Positions 1-9,616 of a DNA stretch of 64,000 nt are shown one piece after another. The notes beneath the pieces are model-generated. The model searched no databases, was not told the origin of the DNA, and saw nothing but the letters and a program-made list of their open reading frames with translations. Both the position numbers and the translations under genes were made by a program. Origin of the DNA: an uncultured SAR86 cluster bacterium (GTDB taxonomy: Bacteria; Pseudomonadota; Gammaproteobacteria; Magnimaribacterales; TMED112); contig CACLXU010000003.1 in assembly GCA_902610995.1 (NCBI GenBank), positions 1,598-65,597 on the forward strand, read 5' to 3'. How positions within the stretch are numbered: position 1 is the stretch's first letter; each line of letters begins with the position of its first letter.

Positions 1-449
1 TTTGCAGTAAGTTCTCCCAAGAATGATTCACGATCTTTTCCAAACTCGGCAGCAGTCAATGAAGTTTCAAATGTAACTCTAGAGTCAGTGCTTATACTTT
101 GCATATGCCCAAACAGCTCATTAAGAGAACCAAGCTGCTTTAAATAAGCTTCTTCAGCCACTCTTAAAAGTTCTTGATTTGCTCTAAAGATTTCTTCAAG
201 CTCATCAGCAATTCTTTCCTGTCTGGCAAGCTCTCTTTGCTCAGCACTTAAAATTTCTTGCTGTCTATTCCTTGAGTTTTTAAATTCTTCTTCTCTTAGG
301 TCATTTTCAGATTGCTCTTGATCTTTGCCCTCTTTTACAAGCTCAAGCAACTTATCGAGATTAGTCGGTGCCGGTTCATCTGATTCTTGTGCAAATGAAC
401 TAAAACTGACTAACAGAAGCAGAGTTAATAAATATTTAATGTTATTCAT
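1..449 (-). CDS. MotA/TolQ/ExbB proton channel family protein (TtpC-like), 5' part only; runs off the window
   Basis: Read manually: the ATG at 449 overlaps the stop of the DUF3450 gene (TAATG). It gives a signal-peptide-like MNNIKYLLTLLLLVSFSSFAQ followed by a coiled-coil-like segment, and DUF3450-ExbB is a conserved gene order. Confidence 0.7.
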   Translation of the reverse strand, partial: MNNIKYLLTLLLLVSFSSFAQESDEPAPTNLDKLLELVKEGKDQEQSENDLREEEFKNSRNRQQEILSAEQRELARQERIADELEEIFRANQELLRVAEEAYLKQLGSLNELFGHMQSISTDSRVTFETSLTAAEFGKDRESFLGELTA

Positions 450-1198
450 TACTCACCTCCTTTTATTTTTACTGGGACTGGTAATAAATCTAATGGAGCA
501 GTTTTACTTGCCATTCTAATACCATCTCTGACTGGAATTCTGTATCCACTTACCTCTTCCCATGAATTGCTGTTAGCGTTCCAAATGCCTGCTTCACTTT
601 GATCTTTAAGTTGATATAAAAGTGCAAGTCTTCCAATTCTAAGGATATTTACAACCTTTTCTTCCCCATCAAGAACAATTGAGTCTTCATAAGTTTCAAT
701 AGTCCGACCATACTCTCTTTCAATGTTATAAGCCTCTAATACTTGTCTTACTTGCTCAGAGGCTGTGACTCTTGGGTCTGACAGTGTTGCTCTTACCTGA
801 TTGATTCTTTTAACTCTTTCATTTAATGAAAAGGGCACATCCAGGTTTACAAATTGCTCAAGACTGTCGGCCATTCTCTGCATAAGTGGCGGAATCTGTC
901 TTTGAATAACAATAACTTGTCTTGTCTGTTCTTCTAAAGTTACAAGTCTTTCTTCTTGAGCTTTTATTTGTCTTCTCTTTTGTGCATTATAGATTTTTAA
1001 GCCTTCAACTTGTTTAACAACAACTTTCCACTCTGCTAAGAGCGAATCTTTTTCCGTTGCTAGTGAGTCAACCTCTTGTTGAGATTCTTCAGAGAGATTG
1101 ATATTGTCCGTGTTCTCATTCAGGATCTGATCTAACTCAGAATCCTCTGCGAAAAACAGAGCAGATATTAACGCTAATAAAGCTACGTAATTCTTCAT
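449..1198 (-). CDS. DUF3450 family TonB-system-associated periplasmic protein
   Basis: Signal peptide, coiled coil, and motifs LDVPF..ER, VLEAY.IE.EYGR and LRIGR.AL.Y. Confidence 0.85.
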   Translation of the reverse strand: MKNYVALLALISALFFAEDSELDQILNENTDNINLSEESQQEVDSLATEKDSLLAEWKVVVKQVEGLKIYNAQKRRQIKAQEERLVTLEEQTRQVIVIQRQIPPLMQRMADSLEQFVNLDVPFSLNERVKRINQVRATLSDPRVTASEQVRQVLEAYNIEREYGRTIETYEDSIVLDGEEKVVNILRIGRLALLYQLKDQSEAGIWNANSNSWEEVSGYRIPVRDGIRMASKTAPLDLLPVPVKIKGGE

Positions 1199-1317
1199 TT
1201 TTACTATACCCCTTTAAAAACTTGATCGTAAAATATAACCCATATTCATTATACAACAAAGACTAAAAAAACGTTTCAAATAGTTTTTTACTAAAAATTG
1301 GCTAAATTTTTCTCTTT

Positions 1318-2199
1318 TTACAGCTTTGGGACAAAAATTGGGGTGTTTTTCTTATATTTTTGATATTGAGAATCCTTGCCCCATTTTTTATTTGCTTTGT
1401 CTTCAAGCATTCTCACTCCACTCACAAAATAGATCAACAGAAATGCAAAAACTGGTGAAATTAAGGCTACATATTGAAAGCCTGACATGTATGGTATGCA
1501 AATTATTGTAAGCCCTGCCCAAAGAACAATTTCTCCAAAATAGTTTGGATGTCTTGATTTGCTCCAAAGTCCCTCTGTAATAAATTTGCCTTCATTAGCA
1601 GGATTCATTTTAAATTTTGTTTTTTGATTATCTGCGACTACTTGAAAAATAAATCCAAATAACCAGAGTGTAAGCCCAAGAGTATGAACCCATGTCCATA
1701 CGCCAGATTCAAAAAACCCTCCAGTAAGAACAACCATTAGGGGCAAAGTTTGTATGACTACCCAAGTTGCCGAAAGATTCCAGGTCATAAAGAGCTGTGA
1801 AAAACTTGGCAAAATTTTTCTGAACCTCTTATCTTCACCATCCCTTAAAACCCTAAGAAATAGGAAAATGCCAAGCCTTAACGTCCATATCATCACACAT
1901 AAATATGCAACATATGCTGAGGGTGAACTTGATTCAAGTAGCTCACTATTGCTCATCAATAAATATGTCATTGAAGATAAATACGTTATTGAGCCTGTTA
2001 GATCATAAAATTTTTCTGTTTGGAAAATATAGGATGGAATAAACATAATCCAGTGAATAACAAAGATAATTACTACCGCATCGATTGGGCTAACAGTTGT
2101 ATTGTTGTTCACTAATAAATTCGCTAAAAAAAACGAAGCTATGATTATTAAAGCTGAGATGAAATAGTGAATTAATTGTTGAGTTAGTTTGACTACCAT
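1318..2199 (-). CDS. DUF1295 / steroid 5-alpha-reductase family membrane protein
   Basis: Multi-TM protein with D.RF, ADNQK and GLW..SRHPNYFGE motifs; GGAGG RBS upstream. Confidence 0.85.
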   Translation of the reverse strand: MVVKLTQQLIHYFISALIIIASFFLANLLVNNNTTVSPIDAVVIIFVIHWIMFIPSYIFQTEKFYDLTGSITYLSSMTYLLMSNSELLESSSPSAYVAYLCVMIWTLRLGIFLFLRVLRDGEDKRFRKILPSFSQLFMTWNLSATWVVIQTLPLMVVLTGGFFESGVWTWVHTLGLTLWLFGFIFQVVADNQKTKFKMNPANEGKFITEGLWSKSRHPNYFGEIVLWAGLTIICIPYMSGFQYVALISPVFAFLLIYFVSGVRMLEDKANKKWGKDSQYQKYKKNTPIFVPKL

Positions 2200-2247
2200 A
2201 ACGAATTCCTCCTATATAATGATACTAAAATTTATTGATATTTATTC

Positions 2248-2814
2248 ATGAAGTATATTACAAATCAATTTAAACAGGGCTTAAAAATTCTAATTGAAGG
2301 TGAACCCTGTTCAATTATCTCTTATGAGTTCCATAAGCCAGGCAAAGGGCAAGCAGTTATGAGAACAAAGCTGTATAACCTTAGAACTGAGAAGGTATGG
2401 GAAAGAACATTTAAAACTGGTGAGAGCGTTGAAGCTGCAGACATCTCTGAAAAAGAGTATCAATATTTGTATAACGAAGGAGATACTTTTATCTTTATGG
2501 ACCAAAGCTCATTTGAGCAGATTGATGTAGGAAAAGATGTGCTTCAAGGAACTGAATGCTGGTTGCAAGGGGAAGAAGTTTGCAAGATGTTGTTTTGGAA
2601 TGGAGAGGTTCTAAAAATGGAACCTCCAACATTTGTTGAAATCGAAATAAATAGCACCGAACCGGGCCTTAAAGGTGATACCGTATCGAATACACTAAAA
2701 CCTGCAACACTGACTACTGGGAAAGAAATAAATGTTCCTTTATTTATTAACGAAGGTGATATTATAAAAATTGATACTAGAGATGGTTCTTACGTAGGTA
2801 GAGCTAACAAGTGA
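2248..2814 (+). CDS. efp: Translation elongation factor P
   Basis: KPGKG loop, PGLKGDT and VPLFINEGD motifs. Confidence 0.97.
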   Translation: MKYITNQFKQGLKILIEGEPCSIISYEFHKPGKGQAVMRTKLYNLRTEKVWERTFKTGESVEAADISEKEYQYLYNEGDTFIFMDQSSFEQIDVGKDVLQGTECWLQGEEVCKMLFWNGEVLKMEPPTFVEIEINSTEPGLKGDTVSNTLKPATLTTGKEINVPLFINEGDIIKIDTRDGSYVGRANK

Positions 2815-4514
2815 AACTAATTGATTTGTTAAATAATAGTCTTTTTGATTCTATCAAAAATGCATATTCATTAGAAAAGGAGGACTTTCAAAAGCTTGAT
2901 CTAGGCTTTGTTTCAAGCACATCAGAGGATCATGGGGACTACTCATCCTCAGCATCATTAAAACTAGCAAAAAAATTAGATTCATCGCCAAGAGATATCG
3001 CAAAAAAAATTTCGGATGGTTTGCTTTCTGAATTAATAGAAGAGATTAGTGTTGATGGCCCAGGTTTTATAAATATTTATTTAACAAGATCTGCGAAGGT
3101 TAATGAATTAAAAAATGCAATTGAGCTCAAGGAACAGTGGGCTTTCAAAAAGAATAACAGGAAAAAAGCATTAGTTGAGTTTGTTTCTTCAAACCCAACA
3201 GGACCCTTACATGTTGGGCATGGTAGAGGTGCTGTTCTTGGTATTGCTATCTCAAACTTGCTTCAAAGTCAGGGCTATCAGGTAGATAAGGAATACTATG
3301 TAAACGATGCAGGAAGACAGATAAATATATTAGCTTTGAGCATTATCTTAGAAACAATCAATCACAGCTTTAATAGAGATGGCTTATATCAAGGGGGCTA
3401 CATAAATGATTTAGCTAAAAAATTTACAAAGAAAACAAATTTAAAAGAAGTTGCACAACCTGAAATGAGTCTATCTGATGATGCGGATCAAAAACTCGAT
3501 GAGCTTATTGCCTTTTATCAATCAGAATCACCAAAAATTTGGAATGAATTAAGAACATTTGCGATTAATGAAATGATAGACATAATCAAGGCAGACTTAA
3601 AAAATATGGGAATAATTCATGATAAGTGGTTCTACGAGAGTAGTGTAGGCGACTTTAATGATGAGAGTTCAGTATTATTTCAAGCAGTAAAAGGTATTAC
3701 CAAGAAAAAACTTACATTCAAAAAAGATGGTGCATTATGGTTTAAATCCACTGACTTTGGAGATGATAAAGATAGAGTGCTTTTAAGAGAAAATGGGGAG
3801 CCAACCTACTACCTAACCGATGTTGGTTATCATAAAGATAAAATAGATAGGAAGTACGAACACTATATAAATATCTTTGGTGCTGACCATCACGGTTATG
3901 TGAAAAGAATAACCTCAGCTTTCGATACATTGAAAAATGATTACCAATCTTTAGAGATTGTCTTATACCAGTTGGTAAATCTTTTTGAGAATGGAAAAAA
4001 GAAGCAAATGTCGACAAGAAAAGGTGACTTTTATTCCCTTGAGGAGCTAAGAGAAGAAATTGGATCTGATGTCATAAAATTTTTCTTCCTTGAAAAGAAA
4101 TCTGATCACACTATTGATTTTGATGTCTTGAAGGCGAAAGAAGAGAGCAAAACTAATCCTTACTTCTATACACAATATGCTCATGTTAGGTGTTGCTCCA
4201 TACTTCAGAATAAAGCTCCAGATTTTAAGTGTATGTATGACGAAAAAGAAATTACAAAAAACTTTGATCTACTAAATAAAATTATTAACTATCCAAAGCA
4301 TCTTGAGGACTTTGCTAACGAGAGGTCGCCACATTCACTGGTTCACTTTTTAAAAGAGTTGGCAGCTGATTTCCACTCATTTTATGAGACTAATCCTGTT
4401 CTAGTTGAAAACGATACAGTTGCAAATTCAAGGCTTATTATTACCAAGGCAACGCAGATAGTATTGCAAAACGGATTGGAGCTACTTAGTGTCAAGCCTC
4501 TTTCAAAAATGTAA
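2811..4514 (+). CDS. argS: Arginine--tRNA ligase
   Basis: VEFVSSNPTGPLHVGH, GADHHGY and MSTRKG motifs. Confidence 0.97.
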   Translation: MKLIDLLNNSLFDSIKNAYSLEKEDFQKLDLGFVSSTSEDHGDYSSSASLKLAKKLDSSPRDIAKKISDGLLSELIEEISVDGPGFINIYLTRSAKVNELKNAIELKEQWAFKKNNRKKALVEFVSSNPTGPLHVGHGRGAVLGIAISNLLQSQGYQVDKEYYVNDAGRQINILALSIILETINHSFNRDGLYQGGYINDLAKKFTKKTNLKEVAQPEMSLSDDADQKLDELIAFYQSESPKIWNELRTFAINEMIDIIKADLKNMGIIHDKWFYESSVGDFNDESSVLFQAVKGITKKKLTFKKDGALWFKSTDFGDDKDRVLLRENGEPTYYLTDVGYHKDKIDRKYEHYINIFGADHHGYVKRITSAFDTLKNDYQSLEIVLYQLVNLFENGKKKQMSTRKGDFYSLEELREEIGSDVIKFFFLEKKSDHTIDFDVLKAKEESKTNPYFYTQYAHVRCCSILQNKAPDFKCMYDEKEITKNFDLLNKIINYPKHLEDFANERSPHSLVHFLKELAADFHSFYETNPVLVENDTVANSRLIITKATQIVLQNGLELLSVKPLSKM

Positions 4515-5005
4515 TGGCGAATATTTCCTTTAAAAATAAAAAGTTTCCAATTAAAGCTGTACCTACAGTAGGAATTGCTCTATTAGTTGCATTTGCAATA
4601 GTATTTTTGTCTGAATTCTTCCTGCGTGATAGCGTTAGACAACTCAACTTAAGTGATTTTGAGCTCAATGAAATAGACTATGAGTTTCAAAAAATCCTAG
4701 AAAGTGAAAATTATGAGATACAGGAGTTTGGCCTAGAAGCAATATCTCAAAAATGTAAATATTATGCTCAATCCGGAAGTTTTAGAACAGAGAAGGCTGC
4801 ACAAAGTCAAGTTGATCAACTATTAAAAGTTGGTTATCAAGGTTCGATTGAAAATGTGAATAGCTCAAATGGTTATAACTTTATTGTAATTGTTGGGCCC
4901 TTAGAAAATAGATCGCAAACAAATAATGCAAGAGAGGTTTTTCGGAAGCAAAACATGGATTCTATTGAGATAACGGAATGCGAGAGCGATAAAAATGAAT
5001 CTTGA
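4514..5005 (+). CDS. SPOR-domain cell division protein (FtsN-like)
   Basis: N-terminal TM segment plus a C-terminal SPOR domain (Q.GSF...A, V.VGP); argS-ftsN synteny. Confidence 0.75.
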   Translation: MANISFKNKKFPIKAVPTVGIALLVAFAIVFLSEFFLRDSVRQLNLSDFELNEIDYEFQKILESENYEIQEFGLEAISQKCKYYAQSGSFRTEKAAQSQVDQLLKVGYQGSIENVNSSNGYNFIVIVGPLENRSQTNNAREVFRKQNMDSIEITECESDKNES

Positions 5006-5633
5006 GAACTATAAGAAGATTTCTTCCTCCCTAGATAAAAATATAAAGTTAGTTGCTGTTTCTAAAGGGCAGCCAATTGAAAAAATTCATGAAATTTATC
5101 AACTTGGACAGAGAGATTTTGGAGAAAATTATCTGCAGGAATTAATTACAAAAAAACAACACCTTCCAAAAGATATAGTTTGGCACTTTATGGGAAATAT
5201 TCAGACTAATAAGGTTAAAGAAATATGTATCAACTCCGATTATATTCACTCAGTATCTAGGGAAAAAGTTTTACAAAAGCTAACTAATATTAATGTTAAA
5301 AATATGCCGAAAATCCTATTGCAACTTAAGCTTGGCGATGAAACTTCAAAGTCTGGTTTTTTGCCAGAGGAAATCTCCCGGATTTCATACGATAAACCCT
5401 TAGTTAAGCAACTGAATATTGTGGGTCTGATGGGTATCTCTCAAAATACAGCTGATCAGTCCAAAATCAGGAAGCAATTTTCTCAAATATCCAAATTGTT
5501 CAATGAGCTATCCGAAGAGAATCAAGCATTCAAATTCTTATCGCTTGGAATGTCACAAGACTATAATATAGCATTAGATTGCGGCTCCAATATGATCAGG
5601 CTGGGGTCAATAGTTTTTGGAGAGAGAAAGTGA
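4995..5633 (+). CDS. yggS: PLP homeostasis protein YggS
   Basis: LVAVSK, FGENY.QE, WHFMG.IQTNK and LS.GMS.DY motifs. Confidence 0.95.
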   Translation: MNLENYKKISSSLDKNIKLVAVSKGQPIEKIHEIYQLGQRDFGENYLQELITKKQHLPKDIVWHFMGNIQTNKVKEICINSDYIHSVSREKVLQKLTNINVKNMPKILLQLKLGDETSKSGFLPEEISRISYDKPLVKQLNIVGLMGISQNTADQSKIRKQFSQISKLFNELSEENQAFKFLSLGMSQDYNIALDCGSNMIRLGSIVFGERK

Positions 5634-6175
5634 TTTCACAAGCAGTAAATATAGTCATATATCTAATTCTGGTTCTGTTTTTAGTAGATCTCACAAAATC
5701 CGATTCTTACAATAAAGTTGCGAGAGTTATAAAGATAATTCTTTACCCAATTCTTTTAATATTCAATATCTACTATAAAAAAATAAATGTTGGGCTCTTA
5801 ATTGCTGCAGTAGTTATATATTACATATATGCATTTTTGATGCTGCCAGATTTGGGTTTTCTGGGGCTACTAAACCTTGCCATATTTAAAATTTCAATGA
5901 GCCTCATAGGCATATTAAAATTCGTAATAATCGCTGGCGTTATCTTGAGCTGGGTTTATATGTTTGGGATGTATATAAATAATTCATTTACAGTCCTTAT
6001 ACAGCAGCTTTATGAATCAACAGTTTCTGTATTTAGAAACATAATACCTCCATCAGCTGGTTTTGATCTTAGCCCGTTAATAGCTTTTTTTGTATTACAG
6101 CTTTCAGAAAGAGCACTAAATGTATTGCTTCTTGAAATTCTTCCAAGAATATCGCTTGCTTATTTTAATTTCTAG
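5630..6175 (+). CDS. yggT: YggT family membrane protein
   Basis: Hydrophobic with an IIPP..GFDLSPLIA motif; GTG start overlaps the yggS stop. Confidence 0.8.
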   Translation: MISQAVNIVIYLILVLFLVDLTKSDSYNKVARVIKIILYPILLIFNIYYKKINVGLLIAAVVIYYIYAFLMLPDLGFLGLLNLAIFKISMSLIGILKFVIIAGVILSWVYMFGMYINNSFTVLIQQLYESTVSVFRNIIPPSAGFDLSPLIAFFVLQLSERALNVLLLEILPRISLAYFNF

Positions 6176-6788
6176 ATAATTTCAAATTGTATTCTTTTAT
6201 ATTATGTTTTTTTTCTAACCCCTTTTTATGGAAGGTTGAAACTGCATACCCTATTGGGTAATTAGAAATAATTTCAAAGAATTTTTGCTGAACAATGACC
6301 TCTTGAATGTGTTCTTGGTAAATGTATGAATCCGTTACTATTTGCATCAGCCCTTCAGGCTTTAAGATGTTTGTAATTAGATTAAAAAAATTTAAGTTAA
6401 TAAGTCTGCGTTTAGCATGTTTTTTCTTAGGCCAGGGGTCAGGAAAATGAATCCTGATGTACTTAACTTTGCATTCTAAGGATTTAATAAAATCTTTGGC
6501 ACAACCATTATATAGAAGCAAATTATTCGGATGATTTTTTTCATAAAATTCTACCATTCGTGCAAAACCTTTTTTATATGGCTCAATACCAATGAACAAA
6601 ATATCTTTGTATTTTTCAATATCTTCAGAAAGAGATATGCCATCACCAAAACCTATATCTAGCAAAATTTCCTTTGAATTTTCCTTCAGTTTATAGTCTT
6701 GGCTCAACACGCAACTTGAATTTAAATTTAGATAATGTTTATTTGTTGCAGATAGTCTTCCTGCACGCGAACTAAAAGTTCTTATCAC
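6165..6788 (-). CDS. trmB: tRNA (guanine-N7)-methyltransferase
   Basis: DIGFGDG and HFPDPWPKKKHAKRR motifs. Confidence 0.95.
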   Translation of the reverse strand: MIRTFSSRAGRLSATNKHYLNLNSSCVLSQDYKLKENSKEILLDIGFGDGISLSEDIEKYKDILFIGIEPYKKGFARMVEFYEKNHPNNLLLYNGCAKDFIKSLECKVKYIRIHFPDPWPKKKHAKRRLINLNFFNLITNILKPEGLMQIVTDSYIYQEHIQEVIVQQKFFEIISNYPIGYAVSTFHKKGLEKKHNIKEYNLKLSRN

Positions 6789-7573
6789 GATAAAAATTTT
6801 GTTGGTGAACTTGGGTTTCCTGCTTCTGAGCGTTGAATTCTGCCAGCAAAATAAGCTGCACGCCCAGATTCAACAGCATGCTTAAATGCCTCTGCCATAA
6901 GAGGTGGATTGTCTGCTTTTGCAATAGCTGTATTTACTAACACTGCATCAAATCCCATTTCCATACAAAGCCCCGCTTCAGAGGGTGCCCCTAATCCAGC
7001 ATCAACAATAAGTATTTGTTTAATTTTTTTTCTAAGAGCTTCGAGTTCATTTATGCTGTCAAATCCTCTTCCTGAACCAATAGAGGCACCAAGTGGCATA
7101 ATGGCTACACAGCCAAAATCCTCTAATGCAAGACAATGATTAACATCTCTATCGCAATATACATATACTTCGAAACCATCTTGAACCAGTTTTTTTGCAG
7201 CAATTAAAGTTTCTTCCATATTTGGATCAAGATTTTGCGATGAACTAATTATCTCAAGTTTTATGAGATTGGTTTGAAATAGTTCTTGTGAAATTTTTGA
7301 CGATCTTATTGCCTCATCAGCTGTTAGCACACCAGCTGTATTTGGCAGTAATTTTTTTGTTCCAATAGGTCTTAAGATGTTATTAGAGTCATTTCTGTCG
7401 TATCTTTTTAGGGCAAGAGTTACTAATTCAGAGCCTGAGTTAATTATTGATTCTTTTGCAATGTTTTCGGAGGGATATTTTCCAGTGCCAACAATTAGCC
7501 TAGATTTATATACGGATGTTCCTATATGGAGATCATCCTCCTCCAACTGCTGATATGATTTCAATTCTGTCAT
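6785..7573 (-). CDS. thiG: Thiazole synthase (start uncertain: ATG 7573 or TTG 7546)
   Basis: SRLIVGTGKY, LPNTAG, IKLE, MPLGASIGSG and DAVLVNTAIA motifs. Confidence 0.95.
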   Translation of the reverse strand: MTELKSYQQLEEDDLHIGTSVYKSRLIVGTGKYPSENIAKESIINSGSELVTLALKRYDRNDSNNILRPIGTKKLLPNTAGVLTADEAIRSSKISQELFQTNLIKLEIISSSQNLDPNMEETLIAAKKLVQDGFEVYVYCDRDVNHCLALEDFGCVAIMPLGASIGSGRGFDSINELEALRKKIKQILIVDAGLGAPSEAGLCMEMGFDAVLVNTAIAKADNPPLMAEAFKHAVESGRAAYFAGRIQRSEAGNPSSPTKFLS

Positions 7574-7739
7574 CGTTAGCAATATTAGTTTTAATGTGCT
7601 CTGATCTTGGAATTATAATTCCATTAACCTCAATGGCATAGGGTCTATCAGTGGGAGCATGCTCAGCAGCAAGCTCAGAAAGTGATGTTTTATTTGTTTC
7701 TAGGATCTTTCCGTTAAGTAATAACCTAACTTTAGACAT
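7533..7739 (-). CDS. thiS: Sulfur carrier protein ThiS
   Basis: 68 aa with a C-terminal VGGG; adjacent to thiG. Confidence 0.93.
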   Translation of the reverse strand: MSKVRLLLNGKILETNKTSLSELAAEHAPTDRPYAIEVNGIIIPRSEHIKTNIANDDRIEIISAVGGG

Positions 7740-8580
7740 TTACTAGTGAAGTTTTTAATTTTTTAAATGCCGTTGCTTCAATTTGCCTAATCCTTTCGGC
7801 GGATATCTTATATTTTTCAGCAAGTTCATTAAGTGTGAGCTTTTCGTCGTCTAGCCACCTTGTTCTAATGATGTCCTGAGAGCGCTTATCAAGGTTTGAT
7901 ATTCCCTTAAATAAGGCGCCATGATTTACTTTTTCATAGTTATCTTGCTCAGCTATGATTTCTGGACTAAATGAATGATCTTCAATATATTGACTTGGAG
8001 AAAACGCTTTTTCGTCATCTTCATCATCAGAGGAAAGGTCAAAAGCAGCATCATTTGAGTTAAGCCTATTCTCCATGTGCATTACCTCCTTAACACTAAC
8101 ATCTAAATCCTTTGCGATTTTCTTAGCTTCCTCGTCTGTTAACCATCCAGTATTTTGCTTTTTACTTCTAAGATTGAAAAATAATTTTCTTTGAGCTTTT
8201 GTTGTAGCGATTTTGACTATACGCCAATTTTTAAGAATAAATTCATGGATTTCTGCTCTTATCCAGTGCACTGCAAATGATACTAGTCTTACTCCTTTTT
8301 CTGGATCAAATTTCTTAACCGCTTTCAAAAGACCAACATTTCCCTCTTGTATTACATCAGCAAGTGGTAGCCCGTAACCTGCATAGGACTTGGCTATGTG
8401 TACCACAAACCTTAAATGAGATATAACGAGTTTGTGGGCAACTTTAACATCTTCGGTTTGATAAAACTCTTGGGTGAGTTCGAGCTCCTCTTCTCTGGTG
8501 AGAACAGGTATTGAATAAACCTGTGAGAGATACTTATCTATATCTGACCCAGGATTTGCTAAAGCTAATGCGTAACTCAT
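7732..8580 (-). CDS. rpoH: RNA polymerase sigma-32 factor
   Basis: RpoH box QRKLFFNLR plus sigma regions 2 and 4. Confidence 0.96.
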   Translation of the reverse strand: MSYALALANPGSDIDKYLSQVYSIPVLTREEELELTQEFYQTEDVKVAHKLVISHLRFVVHIAKSYAGYGLPLADVIQEGNVGLLKAVKKFDPEKGVRLVSFAVHWIRAEIHEFILKNWRIVKIATTKAQRKLFFNLRSKKQNTGWLTDEEAKKIAKDLDVSVKEVMHMENRLNSNDAAFDLSSDDEDDEKAFSPSQYIEDHSFSPEIIAEQDNYEKVNHGALFKGISNLDKRSQDIIRTRWLDDEKLTLNELAEKYKISAERIRQIEATAFKKLKTSLVNV

Positions 8581-8716
8581 AACAACTATCTATATTATAA
8601 TATAACCATTATTTATTTTGCAACAATGGATGCTTATGTTACCACTACTCTGTATATTTTTTCAAATTAATTTGATGTTGATTTGAGTCTAAAGTTCACT
8701 AGAATAACTGCATAAT

Positions 8717-8872
8717 ATGAGCAACTTAAAAAATTTAAAAAAGCTTCGTGAAGGACTTGTGCTTTTAAGTAGAGACAGGCAAGTTGTTTACTCTTTTCAC
8801 GAAACCTTTGAAATGGTAGATGAGATGTTAGAACTTGTCGATCAACTTATAGAGAAAGAGTCTGAAAATTAA
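8717..8872 (+). CDS. Small hypothetical protein, 51 aa (not in the ORF track)
   Basis: MSNLKNLKKLREGLVLLSRDRQVVYSFHETFEMVDEMLELVDQLIEKESEN fills the gap exactly, and its stop overlaps the yaaA stop (TTAA). Confidence 0.65.
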   Translation: MSNLKNLKKLREGLVLLSRDRQVVYSFHETFEMVDEMLELVDQLIEKESEN

Positions 8873-9615
8873 GATTTTTGGACAAACACAAATTCATTGC
8901 CAGTAAGTTCCAGAAAATTAAAGCCCATAGCATTAAATTTTTTGATAGGGTCTAAAGTTTTAATTCTTTGTGAAATTAAAAATCTTGCCATTTCTCCCCT
9001 CACTCTTTTAGCAATGACTCCTATGATTTTTCTTGAGCCATTCTTTTCCGTGTAGAATTTGAAATCCACTACCTTTGTGCTATCAAGATAATTTTTAACA
9101 ACACTAAAATACTCGTCAGATGCTAGGTTAAATATAAGATCATCGCCAGCATCTTTTTTTATTCTGTTTGCAACTTTGTCTCCCCAAAAATCATAAAGGC
9201 TAGATATATTTTCTGGCAATGATTTGGTTCCCATTTCTAGTCTGTAGGGATTCATGCTGTCAGATGGTTTCAGAAAGCCATAAATTCCTGACAGAATTCT
9301 CAAATTCTCGTTCATGTATTCAAGATCGTTATCATCTAAGCTTTGAACATCAAGGTTTTTAAATACATCTCCCTCAAATTGGAAAATTGCCCTTCTCTCC
9401 TTTTGAGTTGATGCATTCCAGTTGTTGTATCTTTCATGATTAAGCCTTGCAATTTCTTCACTAACGTTCATTAAGCTTTGAATGTCTTTTGGCGAGAGTT
9501 TTGACAGACTTTTTGCAAGCTTATCTGCATCACCCTTAAACGCAGGCTCTGTAAGAGCAAGGTTTCTGTTAACTGTTTGCTCTGAAAGTCTTTTTGCTGG
9601 TGAAATCAAAATCAT
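8869..9615 (-). CDS. yaaA: YaaA family peroxide stress protein
   Basis: ISPAK, ILSGIYG.L.P.D...PYRLEMG, NLAS.EY and AK..RG.MAR motifs. Confidence 0.93.
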   Translation of the reverse strand: MILISPAKRLSEQTVNRNLALTEPAFKGDADKLAKSLSKLSPKDIQSLMNVSEEIARLNHERYNNWNASTQKERRAIFQFEGDVFKNLDVQSLDDNDLEYMNENLRILSGIYGFLKPSDSMNPYRLEMGTKSLPENISSLYDFWGDKVANRIKKDAGDDLIFNLASDEYFSVVKNYLDSTKVVDFKFYTEKNGSRKIIGVIAKRVRGEMARFLISQRIKTLDPIKKFNAMGFNFLELTGNEFVFVQKS

Positions 9616-9616
9616 A

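Noticed and set aside
8650-8665. LexA SOS box upstream of rpoH (CTGTATATTTTTTCAA)
   Set aside because: It lacks the invariant CAG half-site and sits in an AT-rich context.
7533-8716. TPP riboswitch for thiS-thiG
   Set aside because: thiS overlaps rpoH, and no TPP aptamer motifs are seen upstream of rpoH.
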